Of a DNA stretch of 64,000 nt, positions 1-15,521 are shown one piece after another (position 1 is the stretch's first letter; each line of letters starts with the position of its first letter). Where the stretch lies: the NCBI GenBank assembly GCA_964016885.1, contig OZ024751.1, positions 36,456,001 to 36,520,000 of the forward strand, written 5' to 3'. This stretch comes from Eledone cirrhosa (lineage: Eukaryota). The notes under the pieces were generated by a model. That model saw nothing but the letters and a program-made list of their open reading frames with translations, was not told the DNA's origin and made no database searches. The position numbers and the translations under genes were made by a program.

Positions 1-790
1 TTGGTTGTGGTGGTGGTGGTGGTAGTTTTGGTTGTGGTGGTGGTGGTGGTGGTGGTAGTTTTGGTTGTGGTTGTGGTGGTGGTGGTGGTGGTGGTAGTTT
101 TGGTTGTGGTTGTGGTGGTGGTGGTGGTGGTAGTTTTGGTGGTGGTTGGGTGGTGGTGGTGGTACTTTTGGTTGTGGTTGTGGTGGTTGTGGTGGTGGTG
201 GTGGTGGTAGTTTTGGTTGTGGTTGTGGTGGTGGTGGTGGTGGTGGTGGTAGTTTTGGTTGTGGTTGTGGTGGTGGTGGTGGTGGTGGTGGTGGTGGTGG
301 TGGTAGTTTTGGTTGTGGTTGTGGTGGTGGTGGTGTTGGTAGTTTCGGTTGTGTTTGTGGTGGTGGTGTTGGTAGTTTCGGTTGTGTTTGTGGTGGTGGT
401 GGTGGTGGTAGTTTTGGTTGTGGTTGGGTGGTGGTGTTGGTAGTTTTGGTTGTGTTGCTTGTGATGGTTCACAGTTCTGATGCTGGTTGTGTTGGTTGTG
501 GTGCTGGTGGTGGTGGTGGTGATGGTACTAATATTATTCATTACCGTCCATGGTGATGCTGGTTGTGTTGGTTGTGGTGCTGGTGGTGGTGGTGGTGGTG
601 GTGATGGTACTAATATTATTCATTACTGTCCATGGTGATGATGGTTGTGATGGTTGTGTTGGTTGTGGTGGTGGTGGTGGTGGTGGTGGTGGTGATGGTA
701 CTAATATTATTCATTACTGTCCATGGTGATGATGGTTGTGATGGTTGAGTTGGTTGTGGTGCTGGTGGTTGTGGTGTTGGTGGTGATCGT
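1..790. repeat. Compound (GGT)n/(GGTTGT) repeat with three ~75-90 bp tandem units at ~478-730
   Basis: Direct reading; the marker 'gatggtactaatattattcattacc/tgtccatggt' recurs three times. Overlying ORFs are poly-V/G/W artefacts. Confidence 0.9.
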
Positions 791-1099
791 AGGAGGTGTT
801 GAAAATTGCACTGCACAACTTCACTAACTCGCTTTCATTTTATCTTAAGACAATTGAAAACGACCGCCATTTTGTCGCTTGCGACTAATTTTGAACCAGC
901 AAGTAGTTAGTGTTTGGTATTTTTTAAAATAACAATGCAAATGACAGGAATGCTGCTTGCTAATAACTATGAAGTCAACTCCAATGAATTACCTCACCAT
1001 AATTATCTGTTCTTCTTCAAAACGTACAAATATAGATAGACATCTCAGTTAGACACCTTATTACAGCTTATTACTGTTATTACTATTACATTCATTATT

Positions 1100-2800
1100 G
1101 TTATTAGTATTGTTGTTGTTGTGGTGGTGGTTGTTGGGGGGGAGGGGGGTGATAATGATGATGTTGACGGTGGTGGTGGTGGTGGTGATGGTGGTAATGG
1201 GGATGGTGGTGGTGGTGGTGATGTTGGTGATGGTGATGGTGGTGGTGATGTTGGTGATGGTAATGGTGGTGGTGGTGATGTTGGTGGTGGTGGTGGTGGT
1301 GGTGGTGATGTTGGTGATGGTAATGGTGGTGGTGGTGATGTTGGTGGTGGTGGTGGTGGTGGTGGTGGTGGTGGTGGTGGTGGTGGTGGTGGTGGTGGTG
1401 GTGGTGGTGGTAATGGTGGTGGTGGTGATGTTGGTGATGGTAATGGTGGTGTTGGTGATGGTAATGGTGGTGGTGGTGATGTTGGTAATGCTGATGGTGG
1501 TGGTGATGGTGGTGGTGGTGGTGGTGGTGGTGGTGGTGGTGGTGGTGGTGGTGGTGGTGGTGGTGGTGGTAATGGTGGTGGTGATGTTGGTGGTGGTGGT
1601 GATGTCGATGGCGGTGGTGATGTTGGTGATGCTGATGGTGGTGGTGGTGGTGGTGGTGTTGGTGATGGTGATGGTGGTGGTGATGTTGGTGATGCTGATG
1701 CTGATGGTGGCGGTGGTGGTGGCGTTGGTGATGGTAATGGTGGTGGGGATGTTGGTGATGGTAATGGTGGTGGGGATGTTGGTGGTGGTGGTGATGTTGA
1801 TGGCGGTGGTGATGTTGGTGATGCTGATGCTGATGGTGGTGGTGGTGTTGGTGATGGTAATGGTGGTTGTTATGTTGGTGATGGTAATGGTGGTGGTGGT
1901 GGTGGTGGTGGTGGTGATGTTGACGATGGTGTTGATGTTGATAGTGGTGATGTTGGTGATGGTATTGGTGGTGGTGGTGGTGGTGATGTTGGTGATGGTA
2001 ATGGTGGTGGTGGTGGTGGTGGTGTTGGTGATGGTAATGGTGGTGGTGGTGGTGGTGGTGATGTTGACGATGGTGTTGATGTTGATAGTGGTGATGTTGG
2101 TGATGGTAATGGTAATGGTGGTGGTGGTGGTGGTGGTGGTGGTGGTGGTGGTGGTGGTGATGTTGACGATGGTGTTGATGTTGATAGTGGTGGTGATGTT
2201 GCTGCTGATGATGATGATAGCGATGTTGATGATGATGATGCTGATGATGATGATGCTGATGATGATGATGAAGATGATAGTGTTGCTGTTGTTGATGCTG
2301 CTGTCGTCATCCTTGTCGTTGTTTTTGTCGTTGCTGTTGCTGTTGTTGTTGTCGTTGTTCTTGTTGTCGTTGTCTTTGTCGTTGTTCTTGTTGTTGTTGT
2401 CGTTGTTCTTGTTGTTGTTGTCGTTGTTTTTGTCGTTGTTCTTGTTGTTGTCGTTGTTTTTGTCGTTGTCGTTGTTTTTGTCGTTGTTCTTCTTGTTGTT
2501 GTTGTCGTTGTCTTTGTCGTTGTTCTTGTTGTTGTTGTCGTTGTCTTTGTCGTTGTTCTTGTTGTTGTTGTCGTTGTCTTTGTTGTTGTTCTTGTTCTTG
2601 TTGTCGTTGTCTTTGTTGTTGTTCTTGTTGTTGTTGTCGTTGTCTTTGTCGTTGTTCTTGTTGTTGTTGTCGTTGTCGTTGTAGTTGTCGTTGTTCTTGT
2701 TGTCGTTGTCGTTGTCGTTCTTCTTCTTGTTGTTGTCGTTGTCTTTGTCGTTGTTGTCGTTGTCGTTGTCGTTGTAGCCGTTGTTGTTGTAGTTGTTGTT
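1100..2800. repeat. Long compound trinucleotide repeat (GGT/GAT/GTT/GTC)
   Basis: Direct reading; the 528 aa and 564 aa ORFs are low-complexity translations without domains. Confidence 0.9.
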
Positions 2801-3015
2801 TCAGTTATGGCGTGACAATGTTTGTGTCGTCGTCAATAAAATGTTTATAAACTATAATTGCCCTAGACACCAGTTAACAATCACTTTGGAATTTAGTCAA
2901 ACACAGCTTTCAGATGTAGTTGTTGTTGTTGTTATTGTAAGAGTGTCAGAGATGTAACACCAGCTAAGCTTTTTATATGAAGTGTGTATATATATATATA
3001 TATGTGTGGGGGGGG

Positions 3016-3047
<32 letters not shown>

Positions 3048-3189
3048 TGGTATGTATATCATATAGATATATGTAAAAATATTACAAATTATCAGAGGAA
3101 ATATATGTGAAGGTATGTATATTTCCTATATATATATATGTATATATATATATACGTATATATATATGTATATATACATATGAATATGT

Positions 3190-3261
<72 letters not shown>

Positions 3262-3269
3262 ATATATGC

Positions 3270-3369
<100 letters not shown>

Positions 3370-3475
3370 GTATATATATATATATATTTATATACATATA
3401 TATATATATACATATATATATATATTAAACTGAACTTTGATTATTGTAATCTCTCTCTCTATATATATATACATG

Positions 3476-3537
<62 letters not shown>

Positions 3538-3678
3538 GTATGTATGTATATATAGTTCAAGAAATGACAAGACAAGCAGATGCAAAATCGCAAAGTCTTA
3601 TTAGTATCACGCTTAAGATGAAGTATGAACACACACACACATATATCTATATATACATATCCATATATATATACATAT

Positions 3679-4264
<586 letters not shown>

Positions 4265-4507
4265 ACGTATTTAGCTTGCTTAGTTTTTTTTTACTCTGAT
4301 AGCTTCATGACCGCCGTTTTCAGTTTGTTTGGCCTCTATAACGTATGTTAATTGCTCTGGTCTTCTTTTAGTCCTTTGAGCGCTTGCTGCATATCTCGAA
4401 AATTGCGTTTCGCTTTGTTTTTGACCACAGCCGAAATACGATCTCGCTGAAATTATATTTACCTACATATATATATATATATTTATGTATATATATATAT
4501 ATATATG

Positions 4508-4583
<76 letters not shown>

Positions 4584-4597
4584 CATATATATATATA

Positions 4598-4702
<105 letters not shown>

Positions 4703-4757
4703 GTATATATAAATATATATATTTATTTATATGTATGTATATATATATATGTATATA

Positions 4758-4796
<39 letters not shown>

Positions 4797-4939
4797 TAAA
4801 TATGCGTCTCATCATTATCATCATCATCATCATTTTTACCATTTATTATTAACATATACATTATCAATTTCATCGCCACCATCATCACCTCTCCGCCATC
4901 ATCTTCCCCATCATTATCGTCTCCCATCATCACAACAGT

Positions 4940-5660
4940 AATGACAACACCAACAACTATAACAACATAACAACGATAACAATATGACAATATCATCAAC
5001 AGCAACAACGACAGCAACAACAACAACTATAGTAAAAATAACAAAGAAAGAAACAACAATAACAACAGCAACAATAGTAACAACAACAACAACAACAGTA
5101 ATAGTAACAACAACAAGAGTAACAACAACTGCAATAATAGTAACAACAACAACAGTAACAACAACAACAGTAACAACAACAACAGTACCAACAACAACAG
5201 TAACAACAACAACACTAATAGTAACAACAACAACAGTAACAACAACAACAGTAACAACAACAACAGTAATAGTAACAACAACAACAGCAACAACAACTGC
5301 AATAATAGTAACAACAACAACAGCAACAACAACAACAACAGTAACAACAACACCAGTGACAACAACAACAGTAACAACAACACCAGTGACAACAACAACA
5401 GTAACAACAACAGTAATAGTAACAACAACAACAGCAACAACAACTGCAATAACAGTAAACAACAACAACATTAACAACAACAACAGTAACAACAACACCA
5501 GTGACAACAACAACAGTAACAACAACAACAGTAATAGTAACAACAATAACAGTAAACAACAACAACATTAACAACAACAACAACAGTAACAACAATAACA
5601 GTAACAACAATAACAGTAAACAACAACATTAACAACAACAACAACAACAACACCAACCGT
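4940..5660. repeat. Compound (AAC)n/(AGTAAC) repeat
   Basis: Direct reading. Confidence 0.9.
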
Positions 5661-5984
5661 AATATTGTGTTATTAATGGCGACTCTCGCTTCTTGTAGAC
5701 GGTTAAATTGGAATTTCTCACATTAGAAGTATTGTTTTCTACATTACAAGTCTTAATCTAGACAGTGTAGTTACTGCAGTTCTTTTGATTTTTGACAAAG
5801 CTAAAGGTGTCAGCTTTATGTGACAGCAGGACAGTTGGCATTCTGCAACGTATCATACCACTAACAATAGAGACATATTTTAATTGGGAATCAAAGCCGT
5901 GTCCACCACAAATGTCCACTTTCTTACAGAGCTAGCATCATTCTGCGGTGCTGTGCTGTGCAGAATTCTGCTGTATTATGTGCA

Positions 5985-6240
5985 TGTATATACGTATATA
6001 CGTATGTATGTATGTATGTATGTATGTAAGTATGTATGTATGTATGTATGTATGTATATAAGTATGTATGTATGTATGTATGTAAGTATGTTTGTATGTA
6101 TGTAAGTATGTATGTATGTATGTATGTATGTATGTATGTATTTATGTATGTATGTATGTACGTATGTACGTATGTATGTAAGTATGTAAGTATGTATGTA
6201 TGTATGTATGTATGTATGTATGTATGTATGTATGTATGTG
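5985..6240. repeat. (TATG)n microsatellite
   Basis: Direct reading. Confidence 0.9.
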
Positions 6241-6291
6241 TGTCTATAAATATATATATATATGTATATATAAATATATGTATATATATAC

Positions 6292-6340
<49 letters not shown>

Positions 6341-6398
6341 AAGATATTTGGATTTATTTATTTATATAAAGATATATATATACGTATATATAAATATA

Positions 6399-6442
<44 letters not shown>

Positions 6443-6445
6443 AAG

Positions 6446-6476
<31 letters not shown>

Positions 6477-6517
6477 TATATAAAGATATATATAGAGATA
6501 TATATATATACATATAT

Positions 6518-6549
<32 letters not shown>

Positions 6550-6683
6550 CTAGGGCGGGTAAAATTCCCGAGATCCATGGACGAGTTCTCTCCAGCGGTC
6601 TCTGTCCCTCATTATCGCTGCCATGTCCTGCGTCTCCAACAGACCAGTGTCTGTCCTTAGGGCATCAACATACGTTAACCTTG
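6550..6683 (-). mobile_element. 5'-truncated RTE-clade LINE, terminal 134 bp, in (TA)n
   Basis: Reverse complement of 21383-21516, identical by eye, ending at the TAG stop. Confidence 0.85.
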
Positions 6684-6949
6684 TATATATATATTAGTGG
6701 AAAGAACAGGAATACTCTGGCGTACGTGATTTTCCGTAAAGATATTAATGGCGTCATGAATTTGAAAATGGGATACAACAACGAATATTATGTTTGGTAC
6801 CTGGGGATCTTACCTTTTCTTTATGTAAACAATCGGTCTCTTCCTTGTTGTTGTTGTTGCTGTTGTTTAATCTCTTAAAGAAATAGCTCCAGCCTGGGAT
6901 GTATGAAATCGACTTATGCCTGTTCTTCGCTATTTTTATCGTTATTGTG

Positions 6950-7310
6950 AGGGAGCTGGATTGGCAGTGTCGGTAGAGCGGTATATTGTCTGACAACATA
7001 CTTTGTGGCATAGAGTTTCGGCCTTCTGCGTTTTTAATTCAAATCCCGCTGATTTAGCTTTGCCTTTCATCCTTACAGGTGCGACAAATTAACGCATTGG
7101 AGTCAATTTAATCGACATTCTCCACCCAAAAAACTATTGGCATTTTGGCTAAATCGTTCTGATTTCATATCCTACCGAGTTTAGCTTTGGCCTTCACCCT
7201 TACGGGGTCGATAAAATAAGGTACCAGTAATGCTTTTGGGGTTAATTTAAACAATTTTTTTTATTTTCGTTGAAATTTCTGGCCTTGTGCCAAAACTTGA
7301 AACAGTTATT
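6950..7310 (+). mobile_element. Two tandem degraded tRNA-derived SINE copies (type 1)
   Basis: ttcaaatcccgc..ctttgcctttcatccttac core and ggccttgtgccaaaa tail shared with the other type-1 copies. Confidence 0.75.
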
Positions 7311-7664
7311 GGTGTTGTTGCATTTTTTTTTTTTTTTTTTTTTGCTATTGTTGTTAGTATTGTACCAACCATTTGCTGGTCATGTGACAAATATAAAGTC
7401 ACCAGTCATCAGTCAAAGTACAATAGAGACACTTTAAAAACACTTGAAACTAAGTAAGAAAGAGAGAAAGAAGGTAAGAAAAAACTGTGTAAAACAAGAA
7501 AATAAGGTAAAACTACAAAATGCAGTCTTCCACTTCCTCGTCAGTCTGTGTACAATACAATATAAGTATGTACCAGTTGCTAATAGTGGACTGAGTTGAT
7601 GGTAGGGTGAGGGTGAGGTGAGGTGAGGATGTGAGGCTAGCAAACGAAACAGAGTAAAATAAAG

Positions 7665-7742
<78 letters not shown>

Positions 7743-7751
7743 ATATATATA

Positions 7752-7830
<79 letters not shown>

Positions 7831-8110
7831 TACTAATCAGCATCTTATTTCGAAATGGTTTAAGGAGCAGCACATGCTATATTCTGTCACGTGCTCACTA
7901 ATTTAAATATTCAGAACTGTCACTAATACCACCAACACCAACACCACCACCCACACCTCCAACAATAAGAACAACAACAACAATAATAGTAAAACTGCCA
8001 GTAACACCACCACCGACGATACCAACACTATCAAAAGACAACTTAGTATTTAGTTGAGCGGCGTGTATACAAAGGTTACACTTGTGTGTGTGTAGATCAT
8101 ACACACACAT

Positions 8111-8278
<168 letters not shown>

Positions 8279-8319
8279 TACATATATACATATGCATATA
8301 TATATACAGTATATATATA

Positions 8320-8409
<90 letters not shown>

Positions 8410-8494
8410 GATTCTACAGGACTAGAACTGTTTCATTCTTTGGAAATCATCAAGAATCTCTGTGGTTACCTCCGATTCAACCCGGAATAACTTA

Positions 8495-8532
<38 letters not shown>

Positions 8533-8544
8533 TGTATAGTAATA

Positions 8545-8728
8545 AGAATAAATTTGAAGACTAAAATCCAAAGAGGGCTCATCAAATATATAAGAACCGT
8601 AGAGCAAATATTTGTTAAAATAACAGATTAAAATTTAAGCAAAGAATCTCTGCTTTCACTCTTAATGGGATCTTCTAAAGCACCGATTCTTTGCTTAAAC
8701 TTTAATCTGTTATTTTAATAAATATATA
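8545..8728. mobile_element. (TA)n-embedded hairpin element, family F
   Basis: Arms atatttgttaaaataacagattaaaatttaagcaaagaatc / gattctttgcttaaactttaatctgttattttaataaatat; its left part (aaatttgaagac..atccaaagagggctc..ccgtagagcaaat) recurs at 48434-48510. Confidence 0.6.
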
Positions 8729-8755
8729 TATATAACTACACATCTCAAGGAAATG

Positions 8756-8916
<161 letters not shown>

Positions 8917-9268
8917 AGAGTGCTATCCTAATTATAGTAAAAAGTTCAGTTTAATTGTATCTGCAAAGACAAACCAACTGGTACCAACAGTCACTCTTTA
9001 CTGTGAGGTTTATTGTTATAATTACTGGCAACTCTTTATATATAGAGAACAGCGTGTTGTATTCACGTGGTTGGACTGGTGGTAGGGTGAGAGAGGAGTG
9101 GGTAGAGGGAGAGAACAGGAGGAGGAGAGAGAGGAGGGTTGGGAGTGATGAGGAGGGGGGAGATGGACAGTGAGGAGCAACTAGGAGGAGAGAACTAGAA
9201 GAGAGAGAGAGATACAGGGTTAAAGACTGAGAGGTGGTAGTGAGAGGGGCAGGGAGTTACTATAGGAG

Positions 9269-9326
<58 letters not shown>

Positions 9327-9484
9327 TGAGAGTGATAAATATATATTCTATACATATTCTATTATAAGTTGAGCCAACTTATACAGCATCATATGCAAAT
9401 GAGATTAATCGCCTCATTTACATAGACGAAAAACTATATATTTTTGCCTGTTTTCAAAGTCCAGCAGTTGCAAGAGCGGGCGAG

Positions 9485-9528
9485 ATCGTTTTGACGAGAA
9501 CCAGTTGAGTTCGAAATATATCGACGAT
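9485..9528 (+). ncRNA. Minimal type-I hammerhead ribozyme motif, C3U variant
   Basis: Stem I AUCGUU/GACGAU; core UUGACGA; stem II GAAC-cagttga-GUUC; GAAA; palindromic stem III AUAUAU; cleavage triplet AUC. Confidence 0.6.
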
Positions 9529-10258
9529 TGTCCTCCCTTGGTTCTGCCGAACACCACTGGGTGGCACAAGCTGCCAGTGTGCTTTTCACACCTGTGGCTT
9601 TCTAAACGTTTATTTATAAACATACCGCATTTCTTAAGATATAGGAAATTAATATATATATATATATAACCAAGGGTCGTCTGAAAATTTCATAGGGTTA
9701 CCAAAATACTCTCACCAAATGAGGTTTATTTTTTCATCCTAATCCATGGAAAGAAGCAATGCAGTTATTAATAAAAAGAGATTAAATGAAATGTATGTAT
9801 ATATCAGGGGATGAGGAAGGATTTCTGAATCTGCCAAATTTGGTCAATTTAGTTGTAGTGATTAGTTTAGTTCTTTGTACTCTAAAATGATCAGAAATCT
9901 TCGATATGTGATAAACATAACATGTACATAAATTGTAGTGCATATACAAATAGATGTTTATTTGGTAGTTTGGGGACAAAAACTTATTGACGTGAACATT
10001 GACCAAAGATAGCACTGATACTACTCACTGGGATCAAATACAACACCTAATCATTGCTAAGCAACATATCTTATAAGTGGGTGTGATGTTAAAGTATATG
10101 TGGTGAGTGTGTTGCTGTAGTGTTGTAGTTCTGTTAAGTATATCTAATTGTCTACTTCATATATGGTTCTACTGAAGTACGACATGTTATTTAGCCACTG
10201 CTGAATACTGTATGTTTTTGTCTTTTCGTAAGTGTGCCTGTGTATATCTATATATAGT

Positions 10259-10818
<560 letters not shown>

Positions 10819-10839
10819 TTGTATGTGTATGCACAGGCA

Positions 10840-10934
10840 CGTCTGTTTTGCAAGGTTTTTGATATGAAATCGTGTGTTGAAACAAATATCATTGTTTTCT
10901 GGCAATATTTTAACAATATGACCCTCACAAATAT

Positions 10935-10940
<6 letters not shown>
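10840..10940. mobile_element. Deleted copy of TA-embedded family E
   Basis: gcaag..gaaatcgtgtgttgaaac and atgaccctcacaaatataacaat match 32852-33142. Confidence 0.6.
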
Positions 10941-10987
<47 letters not shown>

Positions 10988-11158
10988 CATTATCGGAGAA
11001 AGCTTTTTAGCGATACTCCGGCCAAATTCCAACTCACTCAACAAACATTAGGAAATAAGTGAGTATATTCCTAATTAAGCGTTCGGGGTGCTAACTAAAT
11101 GTATTGCGTGGAAAATTGGCTGTATTATTTCATATGAGACATATCGAATATATCTCTT

Positions 11159-11285
11159 CCCAGACGGACGTCTCGTTTCATTATAGGATTCCTACAATTT
11201 GGGTGAAATTATACCAATTTATGTAGAAGCTTGTATACCATCAATAGATATATATTCAAGTGGGCTCCTATAATTCATCAGTGGG
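11159..11285 (-). ncRNA. Type-I hammerhead ribozyme motif with very long stem II
   Basis: Minus strand: CCCA-CUGAUGA-AUUAUAGGA...(~75 nt)...UCCUAUAAU-GAAA-CGAGACGUCCGUC-UGGG; GUC cleavage; palindromic GACGUC in stem III; lies in a TA-flanked insert at ~10985-11292. Confidence 0.7.
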
Positions 11286-11300
11286 TGCCCCTATATATAT

Positions 11301-11575
11301 ATATTAAAATATAAGTATTAATAAAATAGATGTTCTTTTGATCAATTACATTTTATTATACATATTTCGGATGTACAACAGTCTGATGAGGACGTACTGT
11401 TGTACATCCGAAATATGTATAATAAAATGTAATTGATCAAAAGAACATCTATTTTATTAATACTTATATTTTAATATTAATAACTCGTGAAAATTATTTT
11501 TCCGTTGAGTGCTTCCAATCTACTGTAAAACTCATTCTTTGACATAATCATCGAATATTGTTTAACAACTTAATA

Positions 11576-11578
<3 letters not shown>
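11301..11578. mobile_element. (TA)n-embedded hairpin element, family C, with HHR core at the turn point
   Basis: Arms ~11301-11382 / 11396-11477; CUGAUGA-GGACGUAC-uguu-GUACAUCC-GAAAUAUGUAUA at 11383-11421; homologous to 47537-47862. Confidence 0.8.
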
Positions 11579-11609
<31 letters not shown>

Positions 11610-11934
11610 GGGGGGGGGGCGTATGAGTGAATGTATGTGTATATATATATACATTAACTATTCGTGTAGTTTGCTGTATGCAGTGGTGTAGTCTTGTGTG
11701 ATGTAGTGAGACGTTCTTTTTTTTTTTTGAATCTAGTAATTTCCTGCATTGAACATCAGAATATATTCTAATATTCCGATATTCTTAATATTCTCAATAT
11801 TCTAATATTCTCAATATTCCAACGTTCTCAATATTCCAATGTTCTCAAGATTTCATTTCCATATTTCCATGTTATCTCATTTCTTGATAAATTTATTCCA
11901 TTTAATAGCAAATGGATTCAGAGTTGATGTGCTT

Positions 11935-12112
<178 letters not shown>

Positions 12113-12263
12113 CCCAGAATTGCTGGCCTTGTGCCATTGTTACAATAGTCTTTAATCTCCCTGTCTCTCTGTGATTCCAGACATAACAGATAATGGTAAG
12201 CGTTAACCATTCTCTCATTAGTAGCTTTAGTGATATAAGGTGTAATGTACCTATAAACCTATG

Positions 12264-12343
<80 letters not shown>

Positions 12344-12349
12344 AGTATG

Positions 12350-12381
<32 letters not shown>

Positions 12382-12389
12382 AATATATG

Positions 12390-12525
<136 letters not shown>

Positions 12526-13208
12526 TGTGTGTGTGTATGTATATGAAACCTCCAGCTAAGTTATGTCTGGTTATATATTAAGATTTTGGTTAAAACCAGA
12601 CACCCAGAAAATTGTGATTGATTATTTATTTCTTCACAATATATATTCCACAATTACTTTTTATACAGTCTGCTTCATTACATATACATTGGTTAACTTT
12701 CCTGCCGTGTGTCTTTCGTTTCGACTCATACATACATTTTATAATACTGAATATTTATGTTTACTTTCTTTCTTCACCAATATTGACGATGGTTAGTTGT
12801 GTCCTTGAGCAAGATACTTTACTTCACCTCCCTTTTTATTTCACTTACCTAAAACAATATATAGTTGTGCTTGTGAATCAAAGGACCGGTCTTGAAACAC
12901 ACTGTGTTAATTTAAATCTCCTTGAAATATATAACAAGTTCAGAACTATGGCTATTGTGCATCGTAACGACAGAGTGCTTATCTAATATGTTGCAAAAAC
13001 TCGCATTTCAACCTTAATGTGTGAAAAAGCCCGCCAGCTAGGTGGCTGACAAGGTACAAATGTGGCTGTGTTCTCGTCTTATGTAATTGTGTGTATCTTC
13101 TGGCAGAGAGCGGTTCGTCACAACAATAACACCGATTGGCGGGCCGTCTCTGAATTAACTCTATTCTCTATTTCTGTTTGTTGTAATCTTATAGCTGATT
13201 GCCTGATC

Positions 13209-13449
<241 letters not shown>

Positions 13450-13729
13450 CATACATACAATATATGTATATCACATATATTCTATATAATTTATATATTG
13501 TATTATATATTATGATGAATTGTATTCTTTGTGTATATATTGTATATAGATACATATGTGCTTGTGAACGTGTGGGAGTAGTGTATATACATACATATTT
13601 ACTTCTGAGAGTGTGGGAGTGCGGATGTGTGGGTGTGTGGGCTAGTGGGCGTGCGTGGTTATATGAGAGGGACGGGAAATCATTTAATTTCATGTCATAT
13701 AAATAGATATACAAACCAATCAAATATTT

Positions 13730-13800
<71 letters not shown>

Positions 13801-14696
13801 TACATTCATACATATATTCATGCATACTTACGTATATATTTACTTACATACATACAAACATAAATACACACAAACATACATACATATATACTACATACAT
13901 ACATACACACAAACATACATACATATACATATACATAGAAATATTTCTTTCTATATATCTATGTTGTAATTTTAATAAAATATCTCACAAAAATTTTCCC
14001 TTTGTCTGTTAAACAGTTTAGGCGTAAAAATTATAAAGAAAAATTTCGTGTTGAAGAACAGAATCTAAACAGACGGATGGTTCCTCTTTAAAATATTAGA
14101 TTAAAGACGTGAATAAGCAAAACGACGTATAGGTCATTGTTAATAAATCGTTGGAAAACTGGTTGTTCTATTGAAATTAATGAAAAAATGTCTCGCTTGG
14201 CGGTATTTTTATTTTACTTTAGCACTTTGTTTTTACGAAACCCACACACTGACAGAGGCGAGCAAATATTGTGAATGAATTTTTGTGGGTGTAACTGCAT
14301 CTTCCATTTCTATGTGTTTGTGTATATATATATATATGTGTGTTTATATGTGTTTAGGCGTATGAATATAAGACAAAGTAAATGTGTGTATATATATATA
14401 TGTTTATGTGTGTGTGTGTTTTTGTGTCTGTGAATATAAGACAAAGTGTGCCTATGTCTATCTGGGTGAGTGAATGTAAGACAAATTGTGTGTATGTGTC
14501 TATGTATGCATATATATATATGTGTGTGTGTGTGTGTGCGTGTGTGTGTGTAGGAGAAAGTGTAGAGAAATAGATAATGATCTATATTTCAGTTGAATAA
14601 ATTGACTGAAAAAAAAAGCAAGAACTTCTGTTTTATTGTATATGCATCTTTATGTGTATCCGTCCATCTCTCTCTCTATCTATTTCACTCCCTCAC

Positions 14697-14809
<113 letters not shown>

Positions 14810-14839
14810 CTCTCTCTCTCTCATAACTGCATATATACG

Positions 14840-14887
<48 letters not shown>

Positions 14888-15074
14888 GAGAGAGGGGGGC
14901 ATATATATAGATATAGATATAGATATAGATATTCATATATATATATATGTGTGTGTATGTGTGTGTATGTGTGTGTGTGTTTGTACTTCAAAATTCATCT
15001 GAACACAAGAGAAGAGTGGTAGAGAGGAAGTTCAAAGGAGATATGGAAGAGAATCAGCTCCAATTCTGGATTGA

Positions 15075-15225
15075 TACTGTTATTTATTGACCTTGAAAGA
15101 AGGAAAGGTAGAATTTACCTCGCTGAGATTTGAACTCAGAGTCTAATGAGACAGAACATATAATTGTTTCTACTTTTGGCACAAGGCCAGAAATTACCCC
15201 AGTGCATTACTGGTACTTTATTTTA
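15075..15225 (-). mobile_element. Degraded type-1 SINE fragments
   Basis: gatttgaactcaga and tttctacttttggcacaaggccag..cccagtgcattactggtactttattt. Confidence 0.65.
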
Positions 15226-15368
15226 ATACATGTATATAAGCTGAGATTGTTTCACTGTAATATAAAACAGTAACTTTGTTGTACACGGGTCCTCGTGTAT
15301 TTTCTTCTATTTTTTCTGCAATTAATTAGGGAAATTATGGTAGCACCCATGACTCTTTATATTTTTAG

Positions 15369-15521
15369 GAACTACAAAACACGTGAGAATGTTGAGGAGG
15401 TTTTCCTCAAACAAGAAGCCTGGCTCGATAGCTTGAAGCAGTGTGATGAACAACACAACCATGAGCAAGGTGTTGGTGTTAGACTGAACCACAGATTTAT
15501 GTCTATCTACCCAAGAATACG
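15369..15521 (+). CDS. Candidate internal coding exon (153 bp, phase 2-2) of an unidentified host gene
   Basis: Acceptor ctctttatatttttag|G and donor ACG|gtatgt; open frame NYKTRENVEEVFLKQEAWLDSLKQCDEQHNHEQGVGVRLNHRFMSIYPRI; non-repetitive. No homology recognised. Confidence 0.45.

Noticed and set aside
1098-2815. 528 aa and 564 aa ORFs
   Set aside because: Stop-free only because they translate GGT/GAT/GTT repeats; open in several frames; no domains.
7360-7420. CUGAUGA plus stem on the minus strand
   Set aside because: GAAA is replaced by CAAA and stems I/III are unconvincing.
9668-9740. Mariner-like terminal sequence (caagggtcgtctgaaaattt)
   Set aside because: No matching opposite terminus or transposase remnant found.
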